A stretch of 63,586 bases of DNA, the filler included, from Octopus bimaculoides (lineage: Eukaryota): NCBI RefSeq assembly GCF_001194135.2. It is 3 parts of 2 records of this genome, joined end to end, with 100 filler letters (N's around TTAATTAATTAA, not from the genome) between each part and the next. Parts side by side here need not be neighbours in the genome. Positions count along the whole stretch, not along the records: positions 28,271 to 59,914 come from NC_068984.1; 2 more parts are not named here. The stretch is one strand, 5' to 3'. The notes beneath the pieces are model-generated. The model made no database searches, was not told the origin of the DNA, and saw only the letters and a list, made by a program, of their open reading frames with translations. Positions 38,609 through 49,872 of this stretch are shown piece by piece (the stretch's first letter is position 1; every line of letters starts with the position of its first letter). The position numbers were made by a program, and so were the translations under genes.

Positions 38609-38984
38609 TTTTACTTGTTTCAGTTATTAGACTGTGGCCATACTGGGGCACCCACCACCTCGAAGAATTTTAGTTGAAAAGATCAACCCCAGGACTTATT
38701 TGCATTTTTTTTGAAGAATGATACTTATTCTGTCAGTCTCTTTTGTTGAATCACTAATTTACAGGGATGTAAACAAACCAATACTGGTTGTCAGGTGGTG
38801 GTGGTGGTGGGGAGGGGCAAACACAGGCACAAAGATACACGCACATAGATATAGATGCATATTTACAACAGGCTTCTTTCAGTTTCCATCTACCAAATCT
38901 ACTTACATTGCTTTGGTAAGCCCAGGGTTATAGAAGACACTTGCCCAAGGTGCCATACAGTGAGACTGAACCTGAAACCTATGG
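38609..38984 (-). mobile_element. SINE family B copy
   Basis: tttacttgtttcagttattagactgtggcc...gacacttgcccaaggtgcc. Confidence 0.88.
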
Positions 38985-39155
38985 TCAAGAGAGTACAAAA
39001 AATGAAGCCTGCAATGGTGTCATCATCTTTGTTGGTGTTTATCTCCTGGTCAGCCCTTGTAGAGCTGACCTGTGATTCAAAAGCATTCTTGCTTTATCTG
39101 TCACTTCATCGTTTTTTAAAAGTATGTAGCAATATTTTACTTAATGTACCCTTTT

Positions 39156-39389
39156 CTTATTTCTTTATTGCCCACAAGGTGCTAAACATAGAGGGGACAA
39201 ACAAGAACAAGCAAATGGATTAAGTCGATTACATTGACCCCAGTGCGTAACTGGTACTTAATTTATCGACCCCGAAAGGATGAAAGGCAAAGTCGACCTC
39301 GGTGGAATTTGAACTCAGAACGTAACGGCAGACGAAATACCGCTAAGCATTTCGCCCGGCGTGCTAACGTTTCGGCCAGCTTGCCGCCT
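39156..39389 (-). mobile_element. Young SINE family A copy with 20-bp TSD
   Basis: CpGs intact; TACTTAATGTACCCTTTTCT at 39138-39157 and 39436-39455. Confidence 0.92.
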
Positions 39390-40149
39390 TGGTACTTAAT
39401 GTACCCTTGGTACTTAATGTACACTGTACCCTTGGTACTTAATGTACCCTTTTCTGCATTAAGACACGAAAGTGTGATGTGAGGAGGTATGGCTGCTATT
39501 TCTGGCAGGTTGAGCAACAATATAAATCCTCACTTGTTGGCTTGTTTTAGTGACTTTTCTTTCACGTTGTCACTGAATTTGTGGACATAGCTGTAATATA
39601 ATTTTGGACAGGTGGATATATCCATAATATAATTCTAAATATGTAGATATACCTGTAATATGATACTGGATAGGTGAATACCCCTGTTATTTGGCACTGA
39701 AAAATTGAACATACCTTGAATATAATGTTGGATTGGTTCTATCAGAGCTGACTTTGGCCTAAGCAACCAACCAACCAACCAACCAACGGCAATAACTACA
39801 ATGGTCATTGAAACAAAAATGACAATACCATTGCAGGGGCTTTATTGGTTACAAAAGTATGTTGAAGACAAAGACTACTTGTGGTGGTCAAAATTGTAAT
39901 ATAGCATTGACAGGCAGCCATATGTGCAATACAGCCTTGCACAGGTAGATACGCTTGTAATATAGCATTACATTGTTCACAGTGGGTGTGGAAAAACGTT
40001 ATCTAATGACTTATTTGCATATATTAAGAGACCCACTCATTACTGAAAGCAGAAATCCACTGACATTAAATATATATATATAACGTTCAGTGAACTATCA
40101 GATTCAATTTTTCATTCTTAACGAGAATGCATTAATTTAGAAATTATTG

Positions 40150-40700
40150 AGTTTATAAAGAATGGGAAATATTTTCATCCAAATACCAAAGAACAATGAA
40201 GTGCTTGTATTGTGTTTGTGAATGGCGCATCAGACATAGCAAAGTTTCCATTCAATCGTTGGAATATTGTTGATTTGAAAAAGGCAGATGTGGTACATCA
40301 ATTAACAGAACGCTATCAGAGAAAATTTCAAAAGACATTCTAGGAGCTTGTCGGGAAAGGTCAAAATCACCGCTTTCTGATATCACTGAAATATTTGGTA
40401 TTTCACAAAGAGATCAAGAAAACATTGGTAATGGTTATGCCAATGGCTTCCTTTAATAAACACTATGTAAATTACAGCCATCGACTCGTTAGATCGTTTT
40501 ATATTCAGCCCCATTAATACTTCTCCAAATCTGCATGCTGCCATTGTCTTGAATCAAACTCCTTTATTAACATTTAAAGCAAACACAGTTCTTTTTGTTG
40601 ATTCTAGCCATTTCTTCTCAAAGACAGCACCGGATAATATGTTGTTAGTTTGCCAAATGAGGATCACAGTTTATACTTTAGGGATTTCACTTTCTGTGAA
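40150..40700. pseudogene. Possible very old mariner transposase remnants
   Basis: Plus strand KKADVVHQLTER (cf. W-V-P-H-E-L motif); minus strand EKKWLESTKR..NKGV..QDNG (cf. RKGV.FHQDNARPH). Confidence 0.3.
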
Positions 40701-41245
40701 GTTTAACATTTTTGCTTCTGTTTAACAAGTGCTGAGGACATAGATAAAAATAGCATTTCTTTTGAGGCTGTCTTAATATGTTTCCTTTTGTTCATTTTTC
40801 CAGAAATCATTTCATGTAAATCCTAAACCTGACCACCTCAAAGAATCATAGACATAAGTTAATTGAGGAACTTCAGAACAAGATTGTTTGAAATGAATCC
40901 ATTCCAGATAATGGGACCAGCCTTTTTTAAATTTAGCATCATGTCAAGATTTATTCAAACCTCTTGTGCTTTTGATGATGTCAATCATTGGCACTGTGAG
41001 AGGTTAAAATATTCTTGTGCTTTCGTATGGTGACCTTGCTTTAAGGCCAAGAATTTTTGATATCTTTTTGAAAATTATATTAATGATAAGTAAAATAGGA
41101 TTATTCCCTAATTCTGCTGCAAAAATCCTTTCTGCAATATTGTCGTTGAAAGTAGATTTTGTAGTAATCCTTTCCTTTTCAACAATACAGTCGAGTAGGG
41201 TGGCTGAATTATCAGATCAACAGACTTGTAGTATTTGTTTCAGCT

Positions 41246-41860
41246 AGCCTTGGGCCAACCAAAACCTTGTGAATGGGTTTGGTGGATGGAAACTAAAAGA
41301 AGCCTGTCGTGTGTGTGTCTGTGTTTGACCCCCACCACTGCTTGACAGCTGGTGCTGGTGTATTTATGTCCCTGTAACTTAGCAGTTTAGCAAAAGAGAC
41401 TGATAGACTTGAAAGGAAAAAATAAGTACTCGTAGTATTTGTTTCAGCTCTTAACATTCTGAGTTCAATCTCAATGATCAAAGGCATTCCGGCAATGACT
41501 GTCTCTTCTTTTTCCTTTTTGTAGGCATATTTGTATGGTAAGAAACAACTGCCTTCTACTGAGTGGCACCTTGAGCAAGTGTCTTCTACTGTAGCCTTGG
41601 GCCAACCAAAACCTTGTGAATGGGTTTGGTGGATGGAAACTAAAAGAAGCCTGTCGTGTGTGTGTCTGTGTTTGACCCCCACCACTGCTTGACAGCTGGT
41701 GCTGGTGTATTTATGTCCCTGTAACTTAGCAGTTTAGCAAAACAGACTGATAGACTTGAAAGGAAAAACTAAGTACTGGGGTCTATTCATTCATCAAAAA
41801 ATTCCTGAAGGCAGTACCCCAGCTTGGCTGCAGTCTAATGACTGAAATGAATAAGCTAAA
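41246..41860 (+). mobile_element. SINE family B with a duplicated 185-bp segment
   Basis: 41246-41430 is near-identical to 41593-41777. Confidence 0.88.
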
Positions 41861-41886
41861 AAAAATGATAAAAGATAGTGTACTCA

Positions 41887-42080
41887 TTTACTTGTTTCAG
41901 TCATTTGACTGTGGCCATGCTGGAGCACCACCTTTAGTCGAGCAAATCGACCCCAGGACTCATTCTTTGTAAGCCTAGTACTTATTCTATCAGTCTTTTT
42001 TGCTGAACCGCTAAGTTACGGGGACGTAAACATACCAGCATCGGTTGTCAATCGATGTTGGGGGGACAAACACAACACAC

Positions 42081-42152
<72 letters not shown>

Positions 42153-42311
42153 GAGACAGGCTTCTTTCAGTTTCCATCTACCAAATCCACTCACAAGGCT
42201 TTGGTCAGCCCAAGGCTATAGTAGAAGACACTTGCCTAAGGTGCCATGCAGTGGGACTGAACCTGGAACCATGTGGTTTGTAAGCGAGCTACTTACCACA
42301 CAGCCACTCCT
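41887..42311 (-). mobile_element. SINE family B, full length, central (ACAT)n(TA)n
   Basis: Minus strand head aggagtggctgtgtggtaag...ggttcagtccc (A/B-box-like), then ggcaccttaggcaagtgtctt. Confidence 0.93.
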
Positions 42312-42949
42312 ACACCTTAAGAATTGAATTGATTCTCCAATACATTATCCCTTTTTTTAAAGATGATCGACTCTAATTTGAGCAACATTTCCCACATGTC
42401 TGCCAACCACATACAGGCAGTTATTGTTGCTTTTTCATTGTTTTGTCCTTATTTTATAGTCTTTTTTATTTTTTTTTTGTTATTGTTAGCAGACATGTAG
42501 ACATATTTTTCTGTTTGCTCAAACATGTGAAAATAAGTCGTTTTTTATTTCTCATATGCGAGACTATATTTCACCCAGTAAAGGCCCCATGCTGATAAGA
42601 AATTTCAAAGAGAGAGACATAGAAAACACGAAGAATTCAACTCTGTCAGAGAATTTCTGTGTATTCTCCCAACCTGTTGATATACTAATGAGCCACCCTC
42701 AAAAATGTCAAATATGTGAACCAATGTAGTTTTTCATGTTTTCTGTTGCTTTTAATTTTTCTTTTTTTTTTTTAAGTATTAAAATGTTATGACACTTTGC
42801 CTACAATAAGGACATCCACTTCTTTTATTGAATGATTACTCGAGCGAAGATCAGTGGGAGTCTCAACAACAATTACAAACTCATTTCATAAGACAGCTTT
42901 CTGGATGGACCTGTTCTGCAACTAAATGTCTCAAAATTCTCCTATCTCT

Positions 42950-43110
42950 TTCTCTCTCTCTCTCTCTCTCTCTCCCTCTCTCTCTCTCTCTTTCTCTCTC
43001 TCTCTTTCTCTCTCTCTCTTTCTCTCTCTCTCTNNNNNNNNNNNNNNNNNNNNNNNNNNNNNNNNNNNNNNNNNNNNNNNNNNNNNNNNNNNNNNNNNNN
43101 NNNNNNNNNN

Positions 43111-43186
<76 letters not shown>

Positions 43187-43190
43187 ACCC
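42950..43190. repeat. (TC)n spanning an N gap
   Basis: Direct reading. Confidence 0.95.
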
Positions 43191-43864
43191 ACACAGTCTT
43201 TCTTTCTCTCCCGCCAAATACTATTAACATAATCATCATTATTATTAATATTATTATTATTATTATTATTTAAATGACGCAGCAGGAGACCTACTTCTTA
43301 TTTAAGAATAATTTCAAGGACAAGGAAAGCTAAACTTGAATAAAGAACTTTGAGATTCTTATCTATTTTGCATATGATTGTATGCTATAGAATTCTATTT
43401 CAATTGCTAATGTTCAAATTCTCCAACACGACTCTTTCAAACTTTCTCATGTGTATGTTATATATGTTGTGTAAGTGTGTAGATGTGTAGTTTCGCAATT
43501 TGAAATGTAATAAATATTTACTTAATTATAAATCTATTAATAAACTTCTCTGGCTTAATTTAATCAATACTTAGTAGTGTGAGAGCCATTGTAGTTAGCA
43601 TGGCTTTTGTCTTTAAACATCCAGGGAGAATAATATTCTCAGACAATTATTTTGGATTATTGGTACCACCCTTCATTAAATTACAAACAATTTTTGATTT
43701 TTCAACTTAAGTGCGATGAATTGATTTGGCAAGCAAGACAAATAATTAGATTTTGTTTACTCTGTGTAATTACAATTAACATTGGTTGTACCATTACTGT
43801 AGTCCATTCTGTAGCAATAGTAAAGTCGTTTTAAGTTTACTCAGAATTAGATTCCTTTCTCTGT

Positions 43865-44070
43865 ACAAATGGTTCGCAACCTTTTTAATATAGGTGCCCA
43901 ATCCAAAACCTGGATTTTTTTAGAGGATCACACCAAAAAAAGTAAAATGCAAATCAGTTTGAGAAAAAGAACAAAATATGTTTATAGAGGAAAGACCATC
44001 TGGGATCATTGAAAGGATGCTAGAGGGTTGCATGCATCCCTGGGGGTAGTAGTTGAGAACCACTGTTCTA
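43865..44070. mobile_element. Possible hAT (Charlie-like) MITE
   Basis: Right end gttgagaaccactg; left end caaatggttcgcaacc; no clean 8-bp TSD. A similar end ggttgaggaccactg occurs at about 54511-54526. Confidence 0.35.
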
Positions 44071-44199
44071 AAGGATCTGGAAGAATCTACAGAATTCATC
44101 ATCAGTTTCAGAACATCTTGATATTGTTGATATTATAAACAACATTTTGGTTTCATTTATGTAGCATCAGTATTTTCTTTAATGTGGTTTAATGTTTAA

Positions 44200-44552
44200 T
44201 GTTGTCAGCGTCGCCTTACTGGCACTTGTGCTGGTGACACGTTAGAAAAATCATTCGAGCGAGGTCGTTGCCAGTGCCACTGGACTGCCTCCCGTGCAGG
44301 TGGCACGTAAAAAACACCTTTTTGAGCATGGCCGTTGCCAGTACCATGTAACTGGCCCTCGTGCCGGTGGCATGTAAAAGCACCCACTACACTCTTGGAG
44401 TGGTTGGCATTAGGAAGGGCATCCAGCTGTAGAAACTCTGCCAGATCAGATTGGAGCCTGGTGCAGCCTTCTGGCTTGCCAGTCCTCAGTCAAATCATCC
44501 AACCCATGCAAGCATGGAAAGCGGACGTTAAACGATGATGATGATGATGATG
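44200..44552 (+). mobile_element. Repeat family C copy with internal tandem units of about 60 bp and a (GAT)n tail
   Basis: gttgccagt(g/a)cc...cgtgc(a/c)ggtggca(c/t)gtaaaa repeated; ends gcggacgttaaacgatgatgat. Confidence 0.9.
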
Positions 44553-44826
44553 TTGTGTCCTAATGATTTTGATATCATTTGCTGGCTTACAACCAAACTG
44601 ACAACTCCACAGTCTTTGCCTGTTTCTCTCTCTCCCCCACTCTCCTCTCTCTGTGATGAAGGACAGTGTCTCTAAGCATTAAATATTTCATGTCCCATAG
44701 CAGTTAAAACTTGTCAAAATAAAGCTGTGTACACTAAAACATGGAAAAACCTTCACTTCAGAAAGTGTCTTGGGAGAGAAATCCTCCATATAGATAGTAC
44801 ACACGAAAAGTTTCTAAGCTGGGCTA

Positions 44827-44876
44827 TGAATGGTATCATTGGACTGAATGGTATCATTGGACTGAATGGTATCATT
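44827..44876. repeat. 18-bp tandem repeat, 2.8 copies (TGAATGGTATCATTGGAC)
   Basis: Direct reading. Confidence 0.95.
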
Positions 44877-45177
44877 AGTTACACACACACAAAACAGGTC
44901 ATTCATAGCCCACTAAGAACTGCTGTTCATATATATATACAAACAGCAACATGATGTGTTTTCACACATATTGTGTACAAGGAGAATTTCTCTTTCTTGA
45001 GACAGTTTCCACTGCGAAGGTCTTTCCATGAGCATGTTAAATATGAATGTACACAGCTTTATCATAATCATTGCTGCTTAGTGTGTCTTTAATGAACTAA
45101 ATTCATTAAGCTCTCAGAACCAGAAGTTTTGGATCTAGCAAATATAAGCAATTAGAAAAAAAACAAAACAATACTTC

Positions 45178-45873
45178 AGGAGTGGCTGTGTGGTAAATAG
45201 CTTGCTTACCAACCACATGGTTCCGGGTTCAGTCCCACTGCGTGGCACCTTGGGCAAGTGTCTTCTACTATAGCCTTGGGTAGACCAAAGCCTTGTGAGT
45301 GGGTTTGGAAGACAGAAACTGAAAGAAGCCTGTTGTATATATTTATATATATATATATTTTCAAGCGAGATCGTTGCCAGTGCCCCTGGACTGGCTCTTG
45401 TGCGGGTGGCACATAAAAGACACCATTTTGAGCATGGCCGTTGCCAGTACCGCCTGACTGGCCTTCGTGCGGGTGACACGTAAAAGCACCCACTACACTC
45501 TCTGAGTGGTTGGCGTTAGGAAGGGCATCCAGCTGTAGAAACTCTGCCAAATTAGATTGGAGCCTAGTGTTGCCATCCGGTTTCACCAGTCCTCAGTCAA
45601 ATCGTCCAACCCATGCTAGCATGGAAAGCGGACGTTAAACGATGATGATGATGATGATGATATATATGTGTGTGTGTATCTGTGTTTGTCCCCCCAACAT
45701 CGCTTGACAACTGATGCTGGTGTGTTTACATCCCCCTAACTTAGCGGTTCGGCAAAAGAGACCGATAGAATAAGTACTACACTTACAAAGAATAAGTCTT
45801 GGGGTCTATTTGCTCAACTAAAGGCAGTGCTCCAGCATGGCCGCAGTCCAATGACTGAAACAAGTAAAAGAGA
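45178..45873 (+). mobile_element. Composite: SINE B head (45178-45340), family C (45362-45660), SINE B tail (45665-45873)
   Basis: Both halves of B are contiguous in other copies; C lies within the central (TA)n. Confidence 0.9.
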
Positions 45874-46334
45874 TTAAGTACTGATACTTCTTTTGGCCCC
45901 AGAAGATTAAGAGAAAGTTAATCTCAATGAGATCCGAGCTCAAAACTTAAAGAGACATAATTTCATAACAACACTTTTGTCCAGAGCCCTTACCAACTCT
46001 ACCATCCACCCACTGACTTTACTTTTGAGAGAGGCGGGGAGGCATGTCATGACAGTATATGAAGTACATTTGTCCATTGTTAGGTGATGCTGAAAAATGT
46101 GTTCATTACATCTGAACTCCTAGATAATTTATATCACATAAAAAGGGAAACCTAAGCCTTGTGAATGGATATGGTAGACAGAAACTGAAAGAAGCCCATA
46201 TTGTGTGTGTGTATATGTGTGCATATACTTGTATGTATACCTTTGTCTAAACATCGTTTGATGATTGTAAATGGGTATCCTTGTCATACAGTACCATTTC
46301 CAGTCTTTGGTGAATAAATATGTCAGGCCATGGG

Positions 46335-46465
46335 GAAAAAAATTACCTCACTTGGAAACAGGTGAGGGTTGGTGACTGGAAGGGCACCCAGTTGTTGAAA
46401 ATCTACCTCAATAAATTCTATCTGACGTATGCAAGCATGGAAAAGTGGGTGTATGATGATGATGA
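46335..46465 (+). mobile_element. Family C variant; inverted copy at about 55195-55315
   Basis: ggaaacaggtgagggttggtgactggaagggcaccc...atgcaagcatggaaaagtg. Confidence 0.7.
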
Positions 46466-46772
46466 TAATGAATAATGGATTGAGAAGAATGTTGCTTCAT
46501 AACATGTATTCTCGATGTACAAACATAACTTTTTTTTTCTTTTTTGCTGATTTATATGAATTTTTTTTTTTTTTTTTTTCCCCTTTCTTGCATGTCAGAT
46601 GCGTGGGAAAGTATTTGCAAATTTGGACGTATAAATATTGTTAGAAATTGTGTTTTTATTGCTAGAACAAANNNNNNNNNNAAAAAAAAAAAAGGAATAG
46701 ACTTTGTTTGTCAGTCAAGCAAGCTGAGGCAAGCAAAGCTTATGAGCCATATATATATATATAGTAGAGTAC

Positions 46773-46812
<40 letters not shown>

Positions 46813-47379
46813 GAGTACAACATGAAAGCTGAAGTGGCAAAGATGAAACTTATGATTGAAATGCATAACCATTGTCCTTCCAGTTATTTCTTATTTATTT
46901 GTTAGTATATTTGTTATTCATAAAACTGTAACTAAGTGAGAACATTCCTGCAGATACAGTAATTATAATATTAATAATATATGCACAAAGCAGTAATGGT
47001 CTAAGTATAATAGTTTTAGGTTTATTATGCATGTCATTTTTAGTGATTATCTAATAAATACAGATAAATGCTTTTGGTTTAGTATACACCTGGGTTCAGC
47101 TTAGTTGAATTCTAGGGATTAACAGCATTAGTTATTTGCTAAGAACAGAAATATAACTAAGATGAGGTGTGAATACAGTTACATGAAGCAAGGTCTAAGA
47201 TAGCCATGAGTAACCCATAGCCCATGGGACTTTCTGAATGGCAAACCTAAGGAAAAATTACCTTGAATTTTTATAGTAGTGGAGTTCATTTGATGATGAG
47301 TCGTGTCTTATGTAGACCATTTCTTGAAAAAGGTTGCTCATTTCTGCCCTAAGATTTGGTCATGGAATTAAAAGTGAAT

Positions 47380-47525
47380 TTTTAGTTCAAATTCTACCTA
47401 GTTTGACTTAGCCTTTCATCCATTTGGGATCAATAAATTAAGTACCAGTCAAGCAATGGGATTAATGTAATCAAATTTCTCCCTCTCCTCAAAAACTGCT
47501 GGCCCTGGACCAAAATTTGAAACCC
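47380..47525 (+). mobile_element. SINE family A fragment
   Basis: gcctttcatccatttgggatcaataaattaagtaccag...caaaatttgaaaccc. Confidence 0.8.
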
Positions 47526-47885
47526 TTATTTAAAGATTTTTTATTTATTTTTTAAATTATTATTTTTTTTTTGCCAGTGGGGAATAGGGCTGTGCCATGA
47601 GACATGTTGAAGTCTATCCTTCTGTCCCTAAGACAAGATTTAAACACAAACAAATCTTCATTTCTTTAGTAATGAAGACTACTATTAAAATGACACTAGT
47701 AAAGATTGTCTTTATTAGTATACCCTTGGGTATCAGTCACACCCCTAATTTAGTTTTAAGTCTTGGCACAGAACATTTTTCCCTTCATAGTTTTGGTTTT
47801 GCTTTGTGTATAAGTTGAATCCCAGATTTTTCTTTCAGTTAAAATCAACTATAAAATAGTGATGATTTATACACGAGTAAATATA

Positions 47886-48030
<145 letters not shown>

Positions 48031-48130
48031 TTTTGCTTGTGACACACTGTGCCATTAACAGGGTACAAAGTTTAGAGCTGTATGGTCAATAATCCTAGTG
48101 AGTTGACCATTACTGACTCTTATATTAGGT

Positions 48131-48380
48131 CATCATCATCATTTAGTGTCTGCTTTCCATGCTGGTGTGGGTTGGATGGGTTGACAGGGGCCACACCAGG
48201 TTATATTGTCTGTTTTGGCCTGGTTTCTACAGCTGGATGCCCTTCTTAACACCAACCACTTTACAGAGTGTACTGGGTGCTTTTTAAATGGCGCCATCAC
48301 CAATGCTTTTTGTGGCACCATCACAAGTGCTTTTTACATAGAACCATTACCAGTGCTTTTTATGCGGCACCATCACCAGT
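48131..48380 (-). mobile_element. Repeat family C copy
   Basis: catcatcatcatttagtgtctgctttccatgctgg...ctggatgcccttcttaacaccaacc. Confidence 0.85.
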
Positions 48381-49187
48381 GCTCCTCATGGATAAGCATT
48401 ACCAAGATGGTTTTAGGATATTGATTCTGCTGTGGTGGGTGGGTCATCTTGAGTTCAACAATCTGATATAGATCTTGGACCTTTGCCATCTCCTCTCCAT
48501 CTCCAAAAGCTCAGTCTTTTGCAAATGGCCTTCAGTATTTAACTAATTTTATTTCAATGATCACAGCTTAGAAATTTATTTATCTAAATCTAAAATATAA
48601 TTATAAACTAAGATGTTGATATAATATAAAGATTTCTGGTTGATAACACTTGGTTTCGAAGGGAAGTGTCTGGGTTGTTTTACAGATACACAACTTCAAA
48701 GATTTGCTCTAAATTTAATTTGAATGTTTGCTCAAACTTTTGGAACTCACTTCCAGAATGTTACTTTGATAATGACATTGGAATCTCAAGTTGATAAATT
48801 TTCTTTTTCTTTCTTCCGGAAATTTTTTTCAATTTTTAATTTTTTTATTTTATAAAGTGCTAGACAGAAAACTTAATAGATTTTTCTATTTTTCTATTTG
48901 TATACCTTTAGAATTGGCAAATAAAATAAATAATCATTCAAAACGTTTTTTTTTTTTCAGAAAATTATTTGTATGCCTTTTATACTTCTGTGTCTGTAGT
49001 TCTCAGTGGAGCAATATCTGAAATGCTATTCAACAGACAAATGAATAGAGTCAGGTTTAAAGTTAGATCTAAATTTAACATTATTTGTACACATGAATAT
49101 ATTTTTCAGGCTTTTACCTAACTTTCCTTTCCATTTTTTAATTTTATTTTACATACAATTTAAATTGCTTAGTTGCCATATAGTGAA

Positions 49188-49872
49188 GGTGCATGGTCAA
49201 GTGGTTCAGGTGTTGTACCCTATGATAATAAGATTGTGATTTCAATTCCTGAATCTGGCAGTACATTGTGTCCTTGAGCAAAATGCTTGATCTCACCTTG
49301 TCATAGTCCACTCAAGTGCAAATGGGTTCCTGCAATAGCTGGGAAGTTAACTCTGTGAGGGATTGGCATCCCATTCAACTTTTTTACTTGTTTCAGTCAT
49401 TTGACTGCGGCCATGCTGGAGCACCGCCTTTAGTCAAGCAAATTGACCCCGGGACTTATTCTTTGTAAGCCAAGTACTTATTCTATCGGTGTCTTTTGCC
49501 GAACCGCTAAGTTACAGGGACGTAGACACACCAGCATCGGTTGTCAAGCGATGTTGAGGGGGACAAACACAGACACACAAACACACATACTTACCACACA
49601 GCAATCTCACTCACTTATATGCTATGGAAACTGAGTGAATCTCTGACCTTATGAGTCATGGGGCTCATCACAGATCAAAATCATTATCATCACCATTATC
49701 ATTACCATTTAACATCCATTTTCCATGCTGGCATGGGTTGGACGGTTTGACTGAAGCTGATAAGCCAGAGAGCTGCACCAGGGTTCAATTGCCTGTTTTG
49801 GTATGGCTTTTACCCTTCCAAATGCCAGCCACTTTACAGAGTATACTGGGTGCTTTTTATGTGGCACTGGCA
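49188..49872. mobile_element. SINE cluster: D (+, 49188-49378), B tail (-, 49380-49590), C (-, 49700-49872)
   Basis: Matches to the copies described elsewhere in the window. Confidence 0.85.

Noticed and set aside
44827-44876. 18-bp repeats as a CRISPR-like array (also 39391-39455)
   Set aside because: Contiguous tandem units with no spacers, in eukaryotic DNA.
45178-45250. tRNA genes
   Set aside because: A/B-box-like sequences are SINE heads; I see no complete cloverleaf.
45206-45586. Recurrent ORFs such as LQLDALPNANHSE, FQFPSTK, HSQGFG (33398, 41293, 42055, 53858 and others)
   Set aside because: Chance frames of SINE families B and C; their recurrence reflects the repeat, not a gene family.
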